Made by a program: the position numbers and the translations under genes. Source: Nemertoderma westbladi (taxonomy: Eukaryota > Animalia > Xenacoelomorpha). Taken from it: DNA of 48,043 nucleotides. The stretch spans positions 1-48,043 of the forward strand of contig JAUCBJ010005415.1 of the NCBI GenBank assembly GCA_032718475.1, written 5' to 3'. Shown piece by piece: positions 35,361 to 44,917 of the stretch (positions are counted from its first letter, which is position 1; each line of letters opens with the position of its first letter). The notes below the pieces were generated by a model, which worked only from the letters and a program-made list of their open reading frames with translations, did not search any database and was not told the DNA's origin.

Positions 35361-35438
35361 CTGTTTAGAGTATCTTTATGTTTTAGAAACTGTGATTTTT
35401 ATATTTTATAGACTGAAAATCCCATTTTCTGGGAGCGG

Positions 35439-36651
35439 TGTAAAAGCTTTTGCGGAATTGCCCGGTTATTTTTCCTTATTTTTCCCGTAAAATACTCTGT
35501 AGTTGGTTTAGTAGGCGTAAGAGGCCGTATTATTGCTGTATCGGTGTTTTTTAGAGGACCTAAGAGCTATTTCTTCCGTATGTGTACTTTGGGGGACATG
35601 GTTGGTGATTCTATGGCAATTCTATGACGCAAAATAGCTAGATCCTCTTGAAACAGTAGTTACTATGACGACGGTTAACAGCTGAGCTGTATACGTGTCG
35701 ATTTTCTTTGTTCTACGGTGCCTCTCAGTTCAGTCAACCAATCAGAGTGTTTTTACTGTTCTTGTACAGAAATTTCCTAGAAATCACGCAATGCTTTATG
35801 GGCAGTGTTATCATTCAGTCCTGAGCCAAGAAAGAACGGCTTTTGGAATATTTGTGCTTTTCTGCTTTTAGCCTAACACTAGTAGGCTTAATTATAAGGA
35901 CATATATCCGTTATCTGGGTAACTCAATGGTTAACAACTTACTCAATGCTTGGCTGGTCTTGTCGTGCATACTTTTATAACGTTATACTGCTATTTACTG
36001 TCGGTTATTCATTATATGGTTGATGAAATATTATATTTGGAATAACGAGAAATAACCCCGAAAACCCAATATTCTTGATATACCGAAGGTAAGAGAAACA
36101 GGTTACATATAACGATTGTGACTTATGTTAAAGTGGTTTGAAGTGAATCTAATGTTATCTGATAGACCCTACATGAGTCGGTCTGTGTTCCTTTTATATG
36201 TGACTAAAATCAGTGAAGATCGGCAGATCAGTGTGCAGTATTGTGCAGCATTGTGTATGAGTGAGACTGATAACGAAGCATTTCCTAAAGAATGCGCCAT
36301 ATATGTGAATTGTAACTAAGCCATATCGTTGCATGTAGTTTAAGTCATAGCTCTGTTTATATAGATAGAGCGCCACGTCCAAAAGGAACTGTTAATATTC
36401 CCCGAAGGTGAATAATATTGTCAGAGATTATATAATACTGTCAGTCGAATAATACATTAGGCTTACATAGCAATAAGATTAAGCCGTCGAAGTCAATCTC
36501 CCGGGTATATCCAGCGGGTGAATGATCGCGCACAGATTGGTTTCAACTAGTGTAGTGAATCAAATACTTGTCAGAGGCTAAAAGCGATTTATTATCTAGA
36601 AGACATCCTAATTTGGCGGGTTAAACTGCCAAAGGTCTGAAAGCGCGAACA
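35439..36651 (+). repeat. Element B 3' LTR
   Basis: Direct repeat of 25007-26219, followed by the TSD GGTAG. Confidence 0.95.
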
Positions 36652-38880
36652 GGTAGAACCAGCTAATCCTCGTATATGTATCATTCGCGTAGTTCCTAGT
36701 ACTCCAACAGGAACACTACCTTCGTTATCATAGGTAACAACTCCGTACATTTCGATAACATTACGAGTTTCGTTCCACTCCTCTGTGGCTTTTTCTATAG
36801 TCATGCCCACAGGATGCCATAATGTCGCTCGGTCACTGGCGTTAGGCACATCGCGATATTTTAAATAATGCGTAGTATGTGTAACTTCATCTCCATATCT
36901 CTGTATTCTTTCTTCTTCAAACAATACATCTAGATTCCATTGGACTAATCGAATTTTAATAAATCCATCGAGATTATATGGAGGTATCACGTCATTTTCT
37001 ATTCTCGAGACATTATAAGGTTTTCTAAATGAGTTTGCTTTAACTAATTGGTCCAAATGTTTCTGCAGTTGTTCAAGTTCAACAAGGTCTAGGGGATTTA
37101 TCAATGGTAGAAACTTTAAACTATGTGTAGGAACTTCAGGGTCTACCATATAATATTGAGCTAAGTGGACATAGTAGGGGTGGTCTTTGATCCTGTAAAA
37201 TGAGTTCTGTAAAGGTCTAGCGCGTATGTTAACCTCGTGTACCATACGACGGACAAGATCTGCTCGATTGTCAGGAGGTTCAACGAGTATACTGTCGACA
37301 CGAGCAGCTTCGAACGGCGGATGTTGTAACATAGGAGTGTCAGCTATAAGATCTCGAGATCTTAAGTTGATATCAACCGGTTGAGATTGTGCTGTCGCGA
37401 AGAGTTTATCTCCGAAATGAGGAACCATCGAAGGATGAATGATCGTTTTGGAGTAGAGATCAGTCATAAGTATCTGAGCTTCGGGTTGGGCTAAAGCTGC
37501 TTCTTCTCTCTCGTCCTTTTCGATATGTTTCTCCTCTAGCTGATTCTTCTCTGCTTGTCTTTGAAAACGTTCGTCTAATAACTCTTGTAACGAATATGTA
37601 CGTCCAAGTTCAATATCTCCCTCCAGATTCTCGATTTCACTATCAAACTGAGGTAAAGCTAATTCTTTTACCACTTGGACATGTTGATGTAATCTATGTT
37701 TGTCTTAACAATCACAGGTTCCCTTTCCAATATTTTGCAAAATTGCGTCCCATGCGTTCCGTATGACACTTTCCTCCACCTCGGTGACAGGTTGTATCGG
37801 AGTCAAACCGGGACGATTATACGGGTTGAACGGAGATATTAGATGTCCGCGTCCTAATCCGGCTAAGTAGGATGGGCAAATATCCAAGGAGCCCACAACC
37901 AGAGTGCCACTGACTAATTGTTCGGGTAACACCAGATCTTTGAACAACGAGTACAACTCAGGAGGATCTGTCATACTGTTAGTGTTTAGAGTCTGCGGTC
38001 GCCCCAGGGAATGAGGAGGTCTGACCTAGTATTCCGGAACTCTGATCATAGGTTTACTTAAGGATCGTTTGAGTCATGCGAGCGTAGGTGGCACGTCGAA
38101 CAGGTTTCACTCAAAACTCCCATAAGTATAGCGAGTAAAACTATGTTTAGCGCAACGTCTCTGCGGGTGTTTATGGCGTTCTATTTGTTGATTGGGTCTA
38201 GGGCATTCATCGCAGTAATACCAAAGACGCACGTCTTGTAAGGGAAACGCTGGCGACCTTTCTCCCATTTTACAATATTCCTCCATCTGTTCGAAGCTAT
38301 CAGGTACAACAGGTAGTGGTCGATTGGCAGTAAGATACATCATAGTAAAATACAATCGTTTAAGTTCCATCATAGGATTAGGATGTATACCTTGCGGATA
38401 TCGAGTTTCTAGATTTTGTTGACTAGCTACATTGAGATAAGTTTCTCTCAGGAACTCTAAATATTCGTCAAAGTCAGTACGCTTGTCCGGTTCTTCAACA
38501 TCTTCTCTTTCGAGTCGGTTTTGATTAGAATTTTCATGTTCGATTCTCAGTTTGTCGTTCCGACTCCGCTGGGTGTGATATTTAAATAAAATCATCTCCC
38601 TTTCGGTATCCACATCGTCCGTATCGTGTAAATCGATAGGATGACCAGTAGTCAAGAAGTCCATATACGTACCATTACGATGCGTATAGCGTGTGGTGAA
38701 TTTTCTATAGTCTAATTCACGTTTGAGCAGTTCCTCGGACATTGGCGGTTCGATATAACGTCCATCATCTTCCGTCGTATGTTGACTTGCATCGCCACTT
38801 ATCAAACTATCAACAAATGCTTGTAGAGGTAGAGTATATCGCTCCCTGATACCAAGATCATCTTCTATCAACTCAGTCAT
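36652..38880 (-). pseudogene. Extra ORF of element A, 5' part, ending in the exonuclease ExoI motif region
   Basis: Track ORFs 38107-38952, 37705-37974 and 36592-37674 share one frame, separated only by stops. ATG at 38880 is conserved in B. YGVVTYDNEG has D at 36727-36729 and E at 36721-36723. Confidence 0.8.
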
Positions 38881-40107
38881 AATATATATATATATGAGTT
38901 TATCGATATTATAAATAAAGGCTAGCGGGCGTCGCTGCCTATTCTCCCCCACTGCCCCCGGACAGCCCTGAGATCCTCAGCGCTGATATACTACTGTCGC
39001 TGTGCCCTCGCCAATGTAGTAGCCACACAACGACAACAATTAACCAGCGCGACTCACTCTACTGTCCGTCCCAAGGGCTCGAATATACTGGAGGTACTTA
39101 TTGCAGATGTAGGATATCTTTCACAATTGCGGCTCGCTACTGTAAACACACTTTAGTAGTAACATTCACCTATAAATACACAAATTCCACATTCCTGCCA
39201 CAATATGTACAAATTAGGGCCATTTGTCCGTTAGTCAAATGCCTTCCAGAATGCCACGTTGTTATTATGTATCCTTGGATACTATCTAGGTGCTATGTAT
39301 TACGCATTCTATTCAATGGGGCAAGCTTTCTATTGTTCTTTTCACTTACTTCTAATTCTAGTGTGGTTGTTACTATGGTGACATTATGCAAAGCTAGCGG
39401 TAGAATTAGAGTGTTTCTCATGCATGCAGATCTTTGATGCTATTTAATAGCGACTCTTGGGTTATTAATATTCCCTTTATATATGATATTTATTAATTTT
39501 GTCGGCTATTGGCTGCGCATTGGGAGATTCTCTCACACTGCTATACTCAATAGGGTGAATCTCCGCTCCCATGATCTATTAATTGACGAAATTTTGGGAA
39601 TATTAATAAATCGTATAAAATGACAATTTATTTAATTCATGAGAGGATATGAATTTAAAATTTATTCCCGTGAATTTTATTATTTAATTTTTGAATAGAC
39701 ACATTTTTATTCCAGAACATGTCTGGGGACGCCAACCATTGATTCTAGAAATTGTGTCTTTTAAGTACATCGGTGGGCGCTGCGATATCTTAATCGACTA
39801 AATTTTTAGAGGATCTAAGGGTTTAACATAATTTTATTTTAACATTTTATTATAACAAATGTTTTTAATATTTAACAAATAGTTAATATTAGGATGGGCA
39901 CCGATTTATTCCAGAACATGTCTGGGGACATTAACCACTGATTCTAGAATTTTTGTCTTTCAAGTATATCGGTGGGTGCTGTGATATCTTAATCGACTAG
40001 AATTTCAGATGGTCATAAAGGGTTTAAAGGATTTATTGGTCAAAGAATTTAACAAATTTACTTTGACAGCGCTACTGTTAAATGGACATCTTTCTACTAT
40101 ATGTATT

Positions 40108-40386
40108 AAAGTAAAGTAAAGTAAATTTTCTTCGGCCGCTAGGCCAGGGATTACGCACAAAGTCTGACGACTTATTTCCAGTGTGGTCCCCCCAGAACTT
40201 CACTCCCCAGAGGAAACTCCAGTACTCATTTAGCTACCACTTAAGGATGCAAGGCAGAGATGAGACCTGGCTGGTCCCTTTAAAGCATTGGTGCCGAAAC
40301 TAAAACTGCCCTGGCCCATGTGAGCATCGAACCGACGATCTACGGGAGATGTGAATTCAATGCAACCACTACACCAAGATGGAACC
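40108..40386 (-). mobile_element. tRNA-derived SINE
   Basis: Minus strand has A box TGGTGTAGTGG, B box GGTTCGATGCT, a CATCCTT..GGTAGCTAAATGAGTAC core and a (TTTAC)n tail. TATTA duplication at both ends; absent at the homologous site of element B (~32645). Confidence 0.85.
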
Positions 40387-40849
40387 TATTATTTAGCAAT
40401 ACGGTACGAGAGCAATATTGCAAGAAGCAATGTCAGTGAGAAGAGGCAAGTCGTTTCCAAGGTCTACCCAGAGCTTGGTTTAGCTGAGACATGAGGATCT
40501 GAACTTTGCATTCCTAATACTCTACTCTACCAATAATACCTAAGTATAGTAGGAGCGGTATAGATTGTACTTTAAGAAGTACCGACATTTCATCTTACTG
40601 TAGTCACGTATTTATAATAGAATACGGACAGTAAGGAAAGAGAAATTGAAATTATTTCTCGTTAACTATTATACTAAGTAATAAAATACCAAATATATTA
40701 CACTAATCTACTGAATAATCACCAAAAATCATTCTACCAAATAAAATTAAATAAAACGATCATAATAATATAAATTACATAATATTGCGTACATAAATAT
40801 AAAATAAAACAAATAAAATAATATGGTCACACACCCACTCCAATCGATG

Positions 40850-41733
40850 TTACATTATGGAGTCCCTAGATGTTTATTGGATTAGGGAGGTGGTCGTAGG
40901 AAGAGTCCCTTGTTTACCGTAGTTGCCAGACAACTCTCAGTCTCATTCCAATAAACATAAACGACCAACTAGGCGATTAAGTTGCTGAGTTTAAAAACAA
41001 TTCCTGGTTTTTTGTAGTTACGTCGCATGACTACGAGTTCCACTGATCTTACTAAACCATCATCGGATATGTGGGTCTCGATGATACTACCTGTCTGCCA
41101 CCTCTTACGGGGAAGATCTGATTCCACTATGAGGATCATGTCTCCGGCGCTGACATTTTCTTGCTGCACAAACCACTTTGTTCGAAGCTGCAGCGTAGGA
41201 AGGTAATATTTTTCGAAATGGTCAGCGAAACGACGGGATAATAATAACTGCATAAGTTACCAAGTTTGTCGGCAGTATTCGTCTCCGTCCGTTATTTCCA
41301 ACCGAGGGAGCATGGCTACAGGTTTCTTTAGTAGGAAATGCCTAGGTGTTAACGCTGCTAGGGAGTCTGGACTCGATGAGACTGGCATAAGCGGTTTCTC
41401 GTTGAGATAGGTGGCTATTTCCTCCAATAACGTCCTCAAAAGTTCGTCGGTGAGATACACGCGGCACGGCACTACAAAGTGAAATTTAGTCTTCACGCTA
41501 CGTATGAGTCTCTCCCAACTTCCTCCCAACCAAGGGGCGCCAGCGGCGTTGAAGGTCCAGCTAGATGCTGTTACTCTCAGCTGATCGTCCACCTGTCTTT
41601 GGTTCCAATCGTTTACGTAAGCTTTAATCTCGTTGTTGGCTCCAATGAAATTAGTACCTTTGTCAGATCTCATAGTGTTGCTAGTCCCAAAACGAGCGAT
41701 TTGTCGGCGTAAACTCAGTATGAAGCTGTTGGT
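40850..41733 (-). pseudogene. BEL/Pao integrase remnant of element A
   Basis: RSDKGTNFIGA, PWLGGSWERLIRSVK, LTPRHFL, YLPTLQLRTKW, SDDGLVRSV; in-frame stop and terminal frameshift. Confidence 0.88.
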
Positions 41734-41994
41734 AGGATATATCGTTCACCATATCAAGATAACTTCGTTGTTTAGGAAAATTTTCCGGCTTTCCAATGAT
41801 ACAGTATATGATATCATTAACATTTGTATGAATTGTATAAACACAGGAAAGTGTTCAAAATTTTAAACTTTAAGTTGAAAAATATGCAATCTTGAGAAAT
41901 CATTTGAAAATTTACTATGATTACGTGGGTGTACTGTAGGCCTATTACCTAAAACAAGTTTACCACTATAATAAAATTATCTACTTTCTGAAAA

Positions 41995-43736
41995 GGCTCA
42001 TTCCAAAGTAAAGTACGGGACATTCGTACACAATTTTGAACTTTGATTGCCTGTACAATGTTATCCACAGCACATATGTGCACAAAATTGTGCTTGGATT
42101 GTACTTTCGAATATCAGCTTTGATTTCGCGAAGCTTATGGCGGGACTTAGTCACTTTTGAGAAAACACCAGCTTGTCCAATTAAGGTAAAGTACGGATTC
42201 GTACGAAATGGTTTTTTTTATTTTATGATTTCAATTCTAACATTTAGCGAATTGTGCGCAGGTACAGTGTTGAGTTGATATTTAGGATAAAGCTGTATTA
42301 TTAAGCTTAAATAAAAATATAAATATAAGACGAATTGCTACATTGCTAATTTTTTACAGTGTGGTTTGTGTGGTAAAGTATGGGACATTGCTAAGTAAAG
42401 TACGGGACCTGTACGAATTTTATGGTTAAAATGGTCTCTTCCACTTAACCTAACAGTAATTTCTGGATAATTAGTGATAATAAAGTGCAACTAAGTATTT
42501 CCAACCAAGATATGGATGGAAAATGTGGGGCGACCCACAAATTGACCCGAAGTCTTAGCATATGGATGCCGTTGAGGAGTTGTCTGTCATCTGTCTAATT
42601 TTTGATCGCTAATATTGTATAACTCTTGTCATTTATAGATGAAATTAAACCAAACTTGGTACGTATGAAGTCTGTCAAAAGTTTGGAAATAATCTGAAGT
42701 TTAAGGAATGAAAGGTCATATCAGACATTCTGTCTGTTGGTACCGATAGTTTCAAAATTTTGATAAAAACCGAAATAAGTCCGCCAATCATTGATGAAAT
42801 ACTGTATAACCAAACTTGGCCACAGTGCACTAATGTAATCGCCATTATAATGGTAAAGTATGGGACAATTTTCAATTGGCCGTCATGATGTTTCTGAGGG
42901 AGTAGATTATGAAACTACAGGTAATTGTTTCTTAAGATGACGCAACACAAATGTGCTTTGCATTCCACTGGGTGATTGGGCTGAGTTAGACTACTTCTCT
43001 GTGTATAAATTAAAAATTTCACTAATTTTTTGGTAAAGTATGGGACTTTACATGCATAAACCCAAAGATTTCTTGACTGAGGAATGATTCTCAGTTCAAA
43101 TATAGACTCCTATTCTTACGACCGACTATGAAGTATTATATCACTCATGGCTTCACATATTACATTAGTGCACTAATATAATCGCCATTTAATGGTAAAG
43201 TATGGGACAATTTTCAATTGGCCGCCATGATATTTCTGAGGGAGTGAAGATGAAACTAATTGTTTTATACGATGACGCAACACAAACGTGCTTTGCATTC
43301 CACTGGGTGATTAGGCTGAGTTACATCTCTGTGAATAAACTAAAATTTCACTATTTTAGGTAAAGTATGGGACATCACATGATTAACTTTATCGATTTCA
43401 TTACAGAGGAATGAAACACTGGTGAAATTAAATGAAACCAAGAAAATTCGAAAATGGGTTTGTTTTTGATTTGGTACATGCTCATAAATGTTAATTTATT
43501 GGTCATAGGAAGTGCCTACAGGAAACGAAACTTTTGCACACTTTTATTCACATTTTGTGCAGAGCAGGTGCATAATTTGTAATTCGACTATTTTTGATAA
43601 ACCACCTGTGTTGATACAATTTTTAGCACTGAATTCAGGAAGTACGATAAATTTAGACCTAAAATAAGTATAAATTCAAAGCTACATCTCATTTTTCGAA
43701 ATTAGTGGGGAGGTTGACCTTTTCATGGAATGAGCC
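41995..43736. mobile_element. Non-autonomous TIR DNA transposon (1742 bp)
   Basis: TIR GGCTCATTCCA / TGGAATGAGCC flanked by AAAA on both sides, 8 direct copies of GTAAAGTAYGG(GAC), and an internal duplication with ~340-bp period. Confidence 0.75.
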
Positions 43737-44917
43737 AAAAACGTTACCGCATGAAATATCGTTCACTAGATCAAATTCTGTGGATACTTGAAGCAATGTA
43801 AAATATGATTTTCAATTTTGGCCACTATTATTGCGAATTACCCCTTTGTTCTTTTTGTTACGATAAATATGCACTGATAATAATGTTGGTGATAACAACA
43901 CACAGTACGGTTACGTTCAACCTTTGTTAATCTATCCACAAAAGTTTCAAATTCCACATCCCCAAATAATACATCTAAAGACATCAGATTAGCAGATGAA
44001 TATGGATGTATATATAATTAAATCAATTAAATTCGTATTGCGTTCCTCCCTGTTGTCACTACAATTATTATTTTGTGGTGTATTATCTGTCCCTGGTGGT
44101 TTTGAATACTTTGGGATTACAGTAGCCTACCATCTACGACATCATAAAATGACTCACAGTTTGTAGAAAATAATGCTGCCAACCTTTATATCACTTGAAA
44201 CATTTTGAGTCAGTGATCTAGTCCAAAAGTGTTATACAATACTAATACTCTACTGAAGACTTGTACTAATTTTTGTAGAGTTTCAAGCAAATTGGTATTT
44301 TCATGTATTACATTATTTTTTGGTTCTGGAACCGTAAGAATATTTATTAATTCCTTATCAAATCCATAGAGTATTGTATGGTTACGGTACTGTGCAGCAA
44401 AACGTACTACCGGTACGTTACTAAGCAATAAGTTTCTGTCTCGACAGTTCTGTTAAAAAGATCTTTGATAAAGATTCGATAACACTTGACAAAAAAGTGT
44501 TTTTTACCACATAAAATAGTTATTATTTTCATGGGTTGGAATTATCCTGATGCAGCATGATAATAGATATATTTATAAGATATTTATTTTAATTTTAATT
44601 ACCAAATAGCGACATTCAAATTAAGGGATGATGATCTTAACAAAATGTAGGAATGGTTTGCCGACCATTATTCAATGTTATATTCTTATGTTATTATTAC
44701 ATTTTTATTTAATTAAATTTTAAATGTTATTATTATACTTTGTAATTATAAAAGTCGAGAAAAAAGAGGCTGGGGTGGAAATTTGGTTAACTGATTTCAT
44801 GATTTTTGTTGGAATGAATTAAGTAATTCAAATCAAATCTCCCCCAGGCCCGAATGGTCTGCTTACTGACTCAATAATAAATAAACTACCGGTTTGACCT
44901 AAAGGCCTAATAATTTC

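Larger units (their letters stand above)
25007..36651 (+). mobile_element. BEL/Pao element B, young, non-autonomous (RT, most RNase H and integrase deleted)
   Basis: Two 1213-bp near-identical LTRs (TG...CA), TSD GGTAG (25002-25006 / 36652-36656), PPT GGGAGCGG at 35431-35438. Confidence 0.95.
21445..41733 (-). mobile_element. BEL/Pao element A (5'-truncated, degenerate) carrying a large extra ORF; host to element B, a solo LTR and a SINE
   Basis: On the minus strand: integrase remnant, ~2-kb spacer, extra ORF, PPT (GGGAGCGG, 22483-22490) and 3' LTR. Collinear with element B. Confidence 0.85.

Noticed and set aside
25693-36382. Identical 64-aa and 62-aa ORFs present twice
   Set aside because: Chance ORFs within the duplicated LTRs of element B.
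36592-36651. C-terminus CSRFQTFGSLTRQIRMSSR of the 360-aa ORF
   Set aside because: Read-through into the inserted LTR; the real continuation is at 25001 downward.
22561-38880. Extra ORF as an envelope protein
   Set aside because: No signal peptide or convincing transmembrane segment in the motif-bearing frames; motifs point to a nuclease with zinc knuckles.
40310-40386. tRNA gene
   Set aside because: Has A and B boxes but no convincing cloverleaf, and continues into a SINE body and tail.
41995-43400. Regularly spaced 14-bp direct repeats as a CRISPR-like array
   Set aside because: Repeats are too short, the intervening sequences are long and partly duplicated, and the array lies inside a TIR element.
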